Assembly: GCF_056746865.1 (NCBI RefSeq)
Contig: NZ_CM163382.1
Direction: 5' to 3' (one strand)
Length of the DNA stretch: 64,000 nt
The notes beneath the pieces were generated by a model. The model was not told where the DNA came from and did not search any database. It saw nothing but the letters and a program-made list of their open reading frames with translations. The translations under genes were made by a program, and so were the position numbers. Of the stretch, positions 1 to 9,690 are shown in pieces (position 1 is the stretch's first letter; each line of letters begins with the position of its first letter).

Positions 1-295
1 TACCCCGCCGTTAAATCATCCACCAAGCGCGAGTCGGATGCGCCGTACAACTCACCATCCGACCCAACCATAATGCTTTGCGTGCTGCCCATCGCCTCAT
101 TCAGCGCCACTTTCTGACCTTTTGCTTCCAGCAGCTTGAGCGTATCCGGACTAAACCCTTTTCAACACGCAGCTCGTCCGGCAACCACTGATGGTGGAAA
201 CGAGGCGCATTGGTCGCTTCGGCAACATTCATTCCACAATTGATGCTGTTCACCACCATTTGCGGCACGGTAGTGATGATCCAGCTACCGGTAAC
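1..295 (-). pseudogene. gamma-glutamyltranspeptidase-like gene remnant (3' portion only, runs off window start)
   Basis: Minus-strand translation gives GGT small-subunit motifs (VTGS..IITTV, NAPRFHHQWLPDELRVEKG). The remaining GGT-like C-terminus (FSPDTLKLLEAKGQKV...TAGY) is in another frame, switching at an A-run near 165. Similarity stops at the IS repeat near 300-330. Confidence 0.5.
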
Positions 296-330
296 AAAGT
301 GAGTACATAAAGGCCATACTGTCACGAACA

Positions 331-2072
331 GTGCAAAAGTGGCTCTTCCTCAACCTAGGTGAAGATTTTCATGCCAGTGGACTCATTACCCTCCGCCTAA
401 GTAGTTCAAGTCCGGCTCGACCATACATCTGGCGTATCAGCACCTTCAGGCGATTTACATGACCTTCGACAACACCAGTACTCCAGCGACTGCTGATTGC
501 CTCACATATAGCCGCAGCATCAGCTTCCATCCCCGCAGCTACGCACCGAAGTTCTGCTGAGCCGCTTTCGTGGACCCGAGTGAACCAGCTGCTTAGCTGT
601 GATTTATTTTAGGTTTTCAGAATACGGTAGAACTCGAGTACCAGTTGCTGCGCTATTTTCAACTCCGGTTCTTTTTCACACATCAGACTAATAAATCGGA
701 AAGCATAATTTTCTTCACCCCTGATTATTCTCCAGGGCATCAACCAGCGGCTTACCCGTGACACTGAAGGAAGTCTTGCGGCAGTAGTAACCGGTGGGAT
801 CCAGCCTTTATGCCATTTGGCAACAGCATCCCTGACGATGGTTTCACTGCCTGTAACCCCCCTGGCCACCATTTCCCGCCATATCCGGCCGGAGTTATAA
901 TTACCACATTCTCGTTGCTCTTTTAACCACTCCCTCCATGGGTCCAGAAGCCCTCGCTTTGGAGGCCTGGTTGACATTTCAGGGAATGTTCCTGAACCCA
1001 CCCAGCGACTGACTGTCACTCGCGACAGGCCTGTAATACGGGATATTTCCCTGAAACTACATCCCTTGTTATGCAGGGCCATAACCTCTGTCCAACGCTG
1101 ATGCCGTTTTTTGCGGATGTGCTGTTTAAGGCGTTCCAGACGACGGAGCGATGCTACAGGCACAGATATTTCTGGCTCAGGTGATTTCTTCAGTGATAAC
1201 TCTCTGACAACAAGACGTATCAGAGGCATATGTCTGTACATCATTCGTTCAGGCTCATCACCAATATTTTTTAGCAGGTGCCATCGATCGGCCACCTGTC
1301 TGGCCTGAGGTGCACCTTCACGTGCTGCTGTCGCATAGACTCCACTGCGATCACGCGAGACAACCTGTATTTCCGGATATTTTCTGAACCAGGTCGCCAG
1401 CGTACGCTGATCACGGCCGGGAAGCAGGACGAGGGGACGGTGAGTATCAGGATTGACTATTAACATACCGCAGCAGTGGCCCCGATGCCACGCCCACTCA
1501 TCAATACCGACATGAGGCGCGCCTGACTGTTTCGTCTCCGGGGTATTGATAAGCCTGCGAAGAAGAGTATCAGCACTGCAACGGAGACCCACTGCCGTTG
1601 CAGCCCGTTTTCCAGCCTCACCTCCAGCTATTAATCCCAGTTGACGTTGTTAATTTTGTAACGCCTGTGAAGACTGCTGGTGTGAACTGGCGAAGGGAGC
1701 AAGCGACTCGGCAAAAATTTTACGTGAACAAGCCGGGTTACGGCAGTACCAGTGGCGGACGGAAAATACAAGCCATAGCGTCTGCCCTGAGCAGGGTAGA
1801 TGCTGTATCCGGCGCCGACGACAACTATGAACAGAGTCGCTACGCTTAAAGCATTCAGGACATTGTGCTGTTTTGCGTTTTCCGTGGAGATGGAGGGTTA
1901 TACCGTCAGAGCTAATAATTTGTCGACTGCATCGCCATCCGCAAGGTAACTGTAGAAGTGTCTTAAGAGAGTGCATTGCGTTGCCCATAACTTAAAACAG
2001 CTTAGATCCTTGTTCGCCAGAAAGTTTCATCCATTTTCTTCCACCCAGGTTGCGGAAGAACCACTTTTCATC
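331..2072 (-). mobile_element. ISL3-family-like insertion sequence
   Basis: Imperfect ~31 bp terminal inverted repeats at 331-361 (gtgcaaaagtggctcttcctcaacctaggtg) and 2042-2072 (reverse complement, ~26/31 identical, core GGCTCTTCC) enclose a zf-ISL3/HTH/DDE transposase reading frame. Exact ends uncertain by a few bp. Confidence 0.6.
609..1988 (-). pseudogene. ISL3-family transposase interrupted by a single in-frame TAA stop
   Basis: ORFs 1650..1988 (CxxC zinc-finger N-terminus) and 609..1592 (HTH then DEWAWHRGH...VVSRDRSGVYA...DRWHLLKN DDE region) are in the same frame, separated only by the stop at 1650-1652. Confidence 0.6.
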
Positions 2073-2271
2073 CGTCGTTGACAGATGTGAAGTATGCGGG
2101 AGAAAAAGTGAATATCTAACTGTAATAACTCAGACCGGTACGAGTACTCGGGACGTCTACAATCATTCAGGGCAAAGTGCTAAAATTTCTCTATCCCGGG
2201 ATGCCCCTACCAACGCAGCACTCCCGGAGATATCATTACAGCTCTGCAACTGATTTCCGCGACTGAACCGC

Positions 2272-2679
2272 TCAGTTCCTATCCTTCCAGTTGCCCTCCT
2301 GCCCCCCCTCCCTGCTGTATACCCCGGTACCACAACTCGGGCAGCACTTTTCCCCCTCATAATTTTCGTCACACATCACACAAAACCACTTTCTCACCTT
2401 CACCGTATAATCCGGAACCGTCATACCCTGCAGATGCAAACGACGGGCCTCTTTCTCTGCCGGGTCAAGCCAGGTGCATCGCAGCAGGATTTTCTCAGCG
2501 ACAGTCATCTGGTCATGTTCAAACCACGGTGGTTGTCCGTCATTGCCCCGCTGAAGTGTTAACGGGCATCCACAGGACACACAGCACAAAACGTCCTGGC
2601 GGTTGTGCTTCGCTGCTTCTTTCGCCGTAACAAAATGGCCTTTGCTGTCATTCGCCATATAACAGTTCAGAATTCGCAT
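2272..2679 (-). CDS. hypothetical zinc-ribbon protein (CxxC...PWFEH...CxxC), paralog of upstream gene
   Basis: ORF 2272..2766, likely start at internal Met (MRILNCY...). Shares the Cys-pair/PWFEH pattern with ORF 2667..3074. Confidence 0.4.
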   Translation of the reverse strand: MRILNCYMANDSKGHFVTAKEAAKHNRQDVLCCVSCGCPLTLQRGNDGQPPWFEHDQMTVAEKILLRCTWLDPAEKEARRLHLQGMTVPDYTVKVRKWFCVMCDENYEGEKCCPSCGTGVYSREGGQEGNWKDRN

Positions 2680-3074
2680 ATTTCCTCCTGAGTTGTCCGG
2701 GGAATACTGAATCCTCCGGTCTGGCAGTGTGTGCAGTACCGCTCCCCATAATAATCGTGGTGACATTGTCTGCAGTGCCAGCTGGCTTTACGCACCACGG
2801 GTAAGGCATCCGGTACGAATTGCTGCAGACGTTTAATCAACTGTATTTCTCTGCGCTCCGGCCTGACATAAGGGCACTGTTGACCGTGCTCTGTCAGCCT
2901 GTCGTCAGTGTGTTCAAACCAGGGAAGTTCAGTGTCGTATTGCGGATGGTATCTGAGTGCACTGCCACACAAGTGGCAGGTGTAGTTAGCATAAGGTGCG
3001 GCCTGTGCAGTACGGGCGCCCGTCAGACGTCCGTTGCCATCAAGAGCGATAAAGGATTTTGCGTACATAGTCAT
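2667..3074 (-). CDS. hypothetical zinc-ribbon protein (CxxC...PWFEH...CxxC)
   Basis: 135-aa ORF with GAGGA ribosome-binding site upstream of the ATG. Motifs YTCHLCGS, LPWFEH, CRQCHH, CTHC. Confidence 0.45.
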   Translation of the reverse strand: MTMYAKSFIALDGNGRLTGARTAQAAPYANYTCHLCGSALRYHPQYDTELPWFEHTDDRLTEHGQQCPYVRPERREIQLIKRLQQFVPDALPVVRKASWHCRQCHHDYYGERYCTHCQTGGFSIPRTTQEEICEF

Positions 3075-3327
3075 ATTCCTCAGCCGCCAGACGACACGCA
3101 GGCAACAGCCGTCCCGGTACGGGCAGCGTGGTCAGGGTGTGAATGGCGGTTCAGTTAAAATCTGGACTGGAGTTTGGGTAAAGCAGGCTGGTTGCTGTTA
3201 CAGCACTGTGGTTGTCACACAATGGAACACTGACGTAAAAAACAGTCAGTGGGCGAGTGGATACATCGTTGCCGCCAGACAACAACCCATACTTTTGGTT
3301 TGCCGGGTATTGGCGCGCCAGTCGTGC

Positions 3328-3933
3328 TCAACTCCGGCTACAGCCAAAATTGCGCTCACCGGTGCAGTGAGCTTTGGTATGTTCCTTCGCCAGATAGTCA
3401 GCACGTTCCAGCACCTGCTGAAAGCCAGTGTCATCATCGCGTTCCAGCCACACCGCCGGCCAGGCCGGGAAATGCACCAGCGTGGCATGGCACCCGACAT
3501 CCACTCCCAGGGCACTGCACCACGCCTGTTTAATCATCCCGGCCAGTGATCCCGGAGCACGGTAATCACCGGCACGACACCAGGTATCCCGGTTAACCAG
3601 CAGCATCAGGTGATAGTGTTTTTTACCTTTGCACTCCCCAAACTCCCGGGCCCAGACGTAATGCAGGGTTGTGGGATGCACGCGTTTACCTTCCCGATGC
3701 TTACGTTTCTGGTAAGCGTCGATTCGGGCTTTCAGGGCATTGATGAAGCGGGATATCACAGCTGCGTCCGTTGCTGCCGGTACATCCGGGAAACGCAGGT
3801 CAACCCGCAATGCCGTCAGGCGGGGATGAACATTCAGTGCGTGCCGCACCGTCTCACGAATACGTTGCTGCCAGAAGGGGTTGTATTTGTAGGTCATGGT
3901 TAAATCTCCGTATGGTTCATACGGAATAGCCAC
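3328..3933 (-). CDS. YagK/YfjJ-family protein (inovirus Gp2-like, typical of CP4-6/CP4-57-type islands)
   Basis: 201-aa ORF; recalled family resemblance (KYNPFWQQRIRETV..., HYHLMLLVNRD). Start may be the internal Met at 3897. Confidence 0.55.
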   Translation of the reverse strand: MAIPYEPYGDLTMTYKYNPFWQQRIRETVRHALNVHPRLTALRVDLRFPDVPAATDAAVISRFINALKARIDAYQKRKHREGKRVHPTTLHYVWAREFGECKGKKHYHLMLLVNRDTWCRAGDYRAPGSLAGMIKQAWCSALGVDVGCHATLVHFPAWPAVWLERDDDTGFQQVLERADYLAKEHTKAHCTGERNFGCSRS

Positions 3934-4093
3934 GTCGTAAAAAATGCGCAGAGTCCCTGAAGTGACCTCCGGCAGGACACTGTCTCAGGCACTCTGTGAT
4001 AACCCGAACGGTCGTCTCCGGACTGACGGTTGAATTTTCAGCGTTGTTTTTTTAATGTAAAAAACCGGTTACGGGTAAGGCTGTGAGGAGGGA

Positions 4094-4297
4094 GTGATGG
4101 TGATACGCAAAAAGAAGTGCAGGGACTGTGGAAACGCGATTACTCATAATACAGTGTGTTGCCCGTATTGTGGTTCTGTCGACCCCTTCGGCTATTACCG
4201 GAATACAGACCGTATCGTTACCATACTGCTGGCACTGATTATTGTGGTCCTGCTGACTACTGTCAGCGTCAGTGTGTATATACTGTGTAGCTGGTGA
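4094..4297 (+). CDS. small zinc-ribbon membrane protein (CxxC-x-CCPYCGS followed by one transmembrane helix)
   Basis: 67-aa ORF with strong GAGGAGGGAG ribosome-binding site directly upstream; C-terminal hydrophobic stretch IVTILLALIIVVLLTTVSVSVYIL. Confidence 0.45.
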   Translation: MMVIRKKKCRDCGNAITHNTVCCPYCGSVDPFGYYRNTDRIVTILLALIIVVLLTTVSVSVYILCSW

Positions 4298-5248
4298 GAT
4301 AACGGTTCATGTATCCCCTGAGCTGACAGTGTACCGGGTATATTAAGCGTAACCGACAGGTTCTCCTTCATACCATATTAAATTTTTCCAGGTATTGCCG
4401 CTGCCTTATTTCGTCCCATACAGGAAAACTCGTCTGGGTTTCTGACAAATACGCGAAACTCACAGCCCCTCAATATCAACCACACGCTGTAAGCCGGTAA
4501 TACCTGAAAATCAGCCTATTACCGCCCGCGCCTCCGTTACCGAACGCTCAGGTGACCAGACTGAAGCCCAGCACGCACTCGTAAAATTTGCGGTCAGTTC
4601 CGTCAGTCAGTGGGCAACCGCAGAGTTACGGGCTTCCAGGTCCACAGGAGTGAGTCTATAACGCGTGTGGGAAATCATTTTTTCTGGCGTTGACAGAACG
4701 CCTTACGGGCTGCTACTTACCCGGTGTCCCGCAATACAGCCTTAGTGTTCCGTTATCGGGGATCCGGACGCACCGCAACAACCGGGGAAGTATTTCTGGT
4801 TAGAGCTGTGTCAAGAGGGATTTCTCAGCCCCTCACTCACCGGCTCAGTCTCAGGGCAGAAGCATTAATACACTCAGTTCATGTCTTATACAGGAATGGG
4901 CATAGGGGGAGCTGGCGTGTCACTGCTGATTTTACGCATCAGCGTTCATGTATCTGCACTCTGATACAGAATGCTTCACAGCGCTCTGTTACCGGAGAGA
5001 TTTACTCTCTTAGGTTATTCTGGCAAATCCTTTACGTTACTCTCTGATGACTTCTTATATTTATAATACCAATCAGACAACCTTATCCCATCGGTGATAT
5101 CAGTCTCCTGCTCGCCAGGAACGGGCTGACTCACTGTAACCACCTCCGAAAACAACTCTGCAATTATCAGAACGCCTGCTTCTCTCCCTGTCCTCACGAA
5201 AACTATCCCCTCTTTATCGCGCGTGCGTGCGGAAGCATCTTTTCGCAA

Positions 5249-5259
5249 CCCCCCCCCCC
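5249..5259. repeat. homopolymeric C tract (11 C)
   Basis: Run of 11 C at 5249-5259, about 165 bp upstream of the alpA-like start. Confidence 0.9.
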
Positions 5260-5423
5260 GGGATTCCGCTACGGCTCTGCCATCGCAATCCCCCCGTTTA
5301 TCTCCGGACAGCCACATTCCCGATTATTTTTTACGTTTCTCCCCGGTTGTTATGCCGGTGAAGGTGGCGCGCTGTTTTCATGACCACACCGGCTGGTTTA
5401 ACAACATCCGGAGGAACATTCTC

Positions 5424-5630
5424 ATGGCTACCCCAGTTTCGCTGATGGATGACCAGATGGTCGACATGGCGTTTATCACTCAACTGACCGGCCTTACCGA
5501 TAAGTGGTTTGACAAACTCATCAAAGATGGGGGCTTTCCTGCGCCCATCAAAATGGGGCGCAGCTCCCGCTGGCTGAAAAGTGAAGTGGAAGCCTGGCTG
5601 CAGGCGCGTATTGCACAGTCCCGTCTGTAA
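5424..5630 (+). CDS. alpA: AlpA-family phage/island transcriptional regulator (excisionase-like)
   Basis: MATPVSLMDDQMVDMAFITQLTGLTDKWFDKLIKDGGFPAPIKMGRSSRWLKSEVEAWL matches the AlpA/MerR-like HTH family. ATG at 5424 preceded by GGAGGAA. Confidence 0.7.
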   Translation: MATPVSLMDDQMVDMAFITQLTGLTDKWFDKLIKDGGFPAPIKMGRSSRWLKSEVEAWLQARIAQSRL

Positions 5631-5717
5631 TTTTTAACCACTAACCCTTCGCCCACAGCAGACGCAATCTCCGGCCTGCCGGCGGCGCTCTGCTGCCTGT
5701 TATCCCCCGTGAGGAAT

Positions 5718-6326
5718 ATGAAAATGAAACAACAGTATCAGACCCGTTACGAGCTGCTCCATGAAAACTACCAGAAATGGCTGACCGGCTTCACCCGGCA
5801 CGCCGTATCATGGGGCGTGTGTCATCCGAATATCTACTATTTCCATAATCTGACGCCCGGGTGGGTGTCATTCAATGGCGAAAAACCGGAGATTGCCATC
5901 GTTCCCCAGAGTCTGCACCGGCTGATTTATGGTCCGGACAAACGGAGCTCCCCGTCCCTGGATGATGATCTGGTGGTGAATTTATGCACCAGCGAACACC
6001 TGCTGGTTCATCATCCGATGCTGGAAGGGATCCTGCTGTCTGAATGTGAGCGCCTGAAGCAACATTCTCTGGCAAACAAACTGATCAGCCTCTTCCGTCA
6101 GTTTGGCGGCACGGAGTTACGTCTCAAACTGGTCTGGCTCTGCTGGCTTGACTTAATGACCGGAAACAGCCTTGACGACTGGACGAAAAACCTGAAACAC
6201 AAATCAGAAAAAGATCTGGAGCAATGGATCATTGCACGTCAGGGTCAGAGTGAACCACTGACAAATCTGATGGATCAGTACGTGCTTATGGCATACCGTA
6301 CATCGGTTGATGCCGCTCACAGTTGA
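5718..6326 (+). CDS. hypothetical protein
   Basis: ORF 5709..6326; ATG at 5718 with GAGGA upstream; followed by a perfect 12-bp stem hairpin. Confidence 0.4.
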   Translation: MKMKQQYQTRYELLHENYQKWLTGFTRHAVSWGVCHPNIYYFHNLTPGWVSFNGEKPEIAIVPQSLHRLIYGPDKRSSPSLDDDLVVNLCTSEHLLVHHPMLEGILLSECERLKQHSLANKLISLFRQFGGTELRLKLVWLCWLDLMTGNSLDDWTKNLKHKSEKDLEQWIIARQGQSEPLTNLMDQYVLMAYRTSVDAAHS

Positions 6327-6336
6327 TGTCTGAGAA

Positions 6337-6370
6337 CCACAGGGCTGGCAGCAGAAAACCAGCCCTGTGG
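6337..6370 (+). terminator. stem-loop (ccacagggctgg / ccagccctgtgg) downstream of the 5718..6326 ORF
   Basis: Perfect 12-bp inverted repeat with 10-nt loop; weak U tract, so intrinsic-terminator function is uncertain. Confidence 0.4.
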
Positions 6371-7149
6371 TAAAATACAGTAATAGCGGCGTACATCAGG
6401 CACGCCGCTCACTCGTCCACAGATCATATACGTCATTATACTGCGCGATAACGGAGGGCTTCAGCACCCGGTCATTTCTGAGCGGGTATGAATACCATTG
6501 ATGATGCGAAGCAGCCACGGGCAGAAACGTTCTTCACAACCAGGTGCCTCCATCTTCACTGCAGTCTGAATGTGCCGGCTTGTTATCCACCAGAAATGGT
6601 ATGCTCCGGTACATGCATACCCCGGAGACTATAAACGCACTGAATCATAGCCTCCCACCTCAGCAGGAGGCAGTCAGCTTTCAGGCGGAAAAACGTTGCA
6701 GTTAAAGATCGTGAGAATCGCTGTTTCGTTGCATAGCAACCCGAACAGTTGTAGTGAAACATTTTACCTGCATCAGCACATGGTCAGGCGCCGTCTGTAT
6801 GGCGTGGAATACTGATGTTTCGGCTGATGGCAAGCCTCATTCTCTGTGGAAACAGGGGCGCGCATTAGCTTCTCAACCAAGAGAGTGTCACAAAGACAAA
6901 TATTGCTGAAAATCGCATTCATCGTTCAGGCGTGAATGCCCGGAGACAAAAGCCGCTGTCCACACAGTCCCCCTCTGACCTGAACAAAAAGCATACACAC
7001 AACAGGCTCACCTGACCCCGAAAAACCATAACTTCAGCAATACCAGTGACACCAGCACGTTACCTCAGTGCCACATCTTCAGACCGCGATCAATCTGAAA
7101 TGTGACTATCGGGGCAATATCCCTGCTTTGTGGTACACGATAACCAGAA

Positions 7150-7244
7150 AACATCCCCTGAACCGCCAGCCAGAAAGACTGGCCACAAAAGGGGTAAGCT
7201 GAAATCGTTTATGGATTACATCGACATATGCCTGGCAGAGAATG
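7150..7244 (+). pseudogene. IS21 istA remnant, 5' piece (split by the IS66 insertion)
   Basis: Translates PEPPARKTGHKRGKLKSFMDYIDICLAEN, matching the IS21 IstA N-terminal region; continues in frame at 9683 once the IS66 element is removed. Confidence 0.55.
7237..7244. repeat. 8-bp target-site duplication AGAGAATG (left copy) of IS66-family element
   Basis: Identical 8-mer immediately flanks both GTAAGCG termini (7237-7244 and 9683-9690). Confidence 0.8.
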
Positions 7245-7285
7245 GTAAGCGTGCAGTGAGAACCGTATTGACGAAGTGAAGCTGG

Positions 7286-8822
7286 TCAGGCGGGCAGAGT
7301 AACCCGCCACGGGAGCAGAGCACCCACCCGGTTCACAGGCCAGTCGGCGATGACATCAAGTACATGATGCAGATAGCGTTCCGGATCCACGCCGTTTAAT
7401 TTGCACGTCCCGATAAGACTGTACAGTGACGCACCGCGCTCACCACCATGATCCGAGCCGAAGAACAGCCAGTTTTTTCTCCCCAGACTGACCAGTCGTA
7501 GGGCGTTTTCGGCAATGTTATTATCCACCTCCACCCAGCCATCTTCTGCATAGCGGGTCAGCGCCGGCCACTGGTTCAGCGCATACCCGAACGCCTTCGC
7601 CAGTTCTGAGTGCCTTGAGAGGGTTTTCTGTTTCTCCCGCAGCCACCCCTCCAGTGACGCCAGCAGCGGCAGCACTTTTTGGTGCCGGACTGCCTGCCGT
7701 TCCTCTGCTCTTTTACCTCTGAGCTCCGACTCGATGGCATACAGCTCGCCGATCCGTTTCAGCGCCTCCTCCGTCAGGGCTGACGGGGTACGGACGTGAA
7801 CATCGTGGATTTTTCGGCGGGCATGGGCCCAGCACGCGGCTTCCTTTATATGGCCGTCGCGGTAGAGCTCGTTGAACCCGGCGTAGGCATCAGCCTGCAG
7901 TACGCCACTGAAGCCTGCAAGATGGGTCTGAGGGTGGATACCTTTTCTGTCCGGGCTGTAAGCGAACCACACTGCGGGGGCCAGCGCTGATCCGGCGTTG
8001 CGGTCGTCTCGAACGTACGTCCATAAGCGCCCGGTCTTCGTCTTCTTATTGCCCGGCAACAGCACCGGGACAGGCATATCGTCAGCATGGAGTTTGCCGT
8101 CGGTCAGGACATAGTGCTGAAGGGCTTCATCCAGCGGTGCCAGCAGACGACAACACGCATCCACCCAGCCCGACAGTACAGAACGACTCAACACTACACC
8201 CTGGCGGGCATAGATCTCCGACTGGCGATACAGCGGTATGTGCTCTGCATACTTTGAGGTCAGCACTCGGGCCAGCAGCCCCGGTCCGGCGATCCCCCGT
8301 TCGATGGGGCGCGAAGGAGCCGGGGCCTGAACGATGCGATCGCACCGACGGCAGGCATGCTTTTCACGGACTGTCCGGATAACCCGGAAGGCGCTGCGCA
8401 TCAGCTCCAGCTGTTCGGCGGCATCCTCACCCAGGTAACTCAGCGAACCACCGCACTCCGGGCAACACGGCTCAGTCGGCAGCAGCCGCTTCTCATCCCG
8501 TGGGAGTGACTCAGGGAACGGTTTGCGGGTGCGGGTCTGACGCAGCGGGCGCTGCACTGCCGGGTCATCCACCCGGCCGGTCAGCGTATCGCTTTCCTGC
8601 TGCAGCAGGTTCAGGTCAGCTTCCATTTGCGCGATACGGCGGGATACCTTTTCGGAACGACTGCCGAAGTTCATCCGGCGCAGCTTATCCAGTTGCGCCT
8701 GCAGATGGTCTATTTCGCGTTCCCGGTTGCTCAGCTTTTCCTGCAGGGCGTGGATCAACGCTTCCTGGTTCGGCCAGGCGCTGTTTCAGCAGAAGGATGT
8801 CGTCAGAAGAGGTGTCGTTCAT
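7286..8822 (-). pseudogene. tnpC: IS66 transposase TnpC with a frameshift about 17 codons from the start
   Basis: ORF 7286..8758 is the IS66 TnpC body. The N-terminus MNDTSSDDILLLKQRLAE is encoded from 8822 in another frame, with one extra C near 8770 (gaaccaggaagcg). Confidence 0.65.
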
Positions 8823-8871
8823 AAGCCTGTATTTTACCAGGCTTATTCTGCGACAACCAGGATAAAGAGCG

Positions 8872-9219
8872 CTACAACATGGTCAGGGATGTCAGTAACC
8901 GCTTTGGCTGTCGCCAGTCGATACCTTCCATCAGCATCGCCAGTTGCGCCGGCGTCAGGAACACTTTGCCATCGCGGGCTGAGGGCCAGGCGAAGCGACC
9001 ACGTTCTAGTCGCTTTGTCAGCAGGCACAGACCATCGCCGGTGGACCAGAGCAGTTTTACCTGACTGCCGCTGCGTCCCCGGAAGATGAAGACGTGGCCG
9101 GACATCGGGTCATCTTTCAGCGCGGTCTGCACCTTTGCGGCGAGGCCATTGAAGCCGTTGCGCATATCGGTGATACCGGCAACCAGCCAGATTTTTGTGC
9201 CTGCGGGAAGATTTATCAT
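8872..9219 (-). CDS. tnpB: IS66 family accessory protein TnpB
   Basis: 115-aa ORF MINLPAGTKIWLVAGITDMRNGFNGLAAKVQ..., typical IS66 Orf2. Confidence 0.85.
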   Translation of the reverse strand: MINLPAGTKIWLVAGITDMRNGFNGLAAKVQTALKDDPMSGHVFIFRGRSGSQVKLLWSTGDGLCLLTKRLERGRFAWPSARDGKVFLTPAQLAMLMEGIDWRQPKRLLTSLTML

Positions 9220-9599
9220 ACAGGCCCCCGCATCAGTTCGCGCAGGACAGTGCTCATGAGTTCAGCAGAGGGATGAGTCAGTGTTATTTCTCCTCCCCGA
9301 CATTTTATGTGGCAGGTAGCGGGAGGAGAGCAGGATGGTAGTTCGAAGGTTGGGAGAGAAGAGCCCGCCTGAAGCTGCACGGGTATCAGGGCAGGAAGCG
9401 ACGATGAGTTTTTTCGGGGCCGACAGACCCGCCCTTCACGCTGCCAGAGCCTTATCCATTTAAAGAGCAGGTTATCATTGACGTCATGTTTCCGGGCCAG
9501 TGCGGCAATACTGCCTTCTTCTTCAAGAGCCAGCCTGACCAGTTCCATTTTGAATTCAGGGGAATAGTGTTTCCGGGGAAGTCTTTCTTTAGCGCGCAT
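9216..9599 (-). CDS. tnpA: IS66 family accessory protein TnpA
   Basis: 127-aa ORF with HTH-like N-terminus, overlapping the tnpB start by 4 nt. Confidence 0.75.
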   Translation of the reverse strand: MRAKERLPRKHYSPEFKMELVRLALEEEGSIAALARKHDVNDNLLFKWIRLWQREGRVCRPRKNSSSLPALIPVQLQAGSSLPTFELPSCSPPATCHIKCRGGEITLTHPSAELMSTVLRELMRGPV

Positions 9600-9682
9600 G
9601 AGGTGTCCACCTGCAAAATAAGTGGGTGCTTAAGTTACAGGATCCTGGATTCGGGACCAGACGGTACTCAGACGACGCTTAC

Positions 9683-9690
9683 AGAGAATG
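9683..9690. repeat. 8-bp target-site duplication AGAGAATG (right copy) of IS66-family element
   Basis: See left copy at 7237-7244. Confidence 0.8.

Larger units (their letters stand above)
7245..9682 (-). mobile_element. IS66-family insertion sequence (tnpA-tnpB-tnpC), nested inside an IS21 remnant
   Basis: Termini GTAAGCG at 7245 and its reverse complement ending 9682; three transposase genes in IS66 order; 8-bp direct repeat flanks. Confidence 0.85.

Noticed and set aside
4724-5047. 107-aa plus-strand ORF upstream of alpA
   Set aside because: No start context or recognisable domain; overlapped by another ORF on the opposite strand; likely intergenic.
5223-5423. N-terminal 67-codon extension of the alpA-like ORF (GTG start at 5223)
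   Set aside because: AlpA-family proteins are about 70 aa; homology begins at the ATG at 5424, which has its own GGAGGAA ribosome-binding site; the extension is Pro/Ser-rich with no start context.
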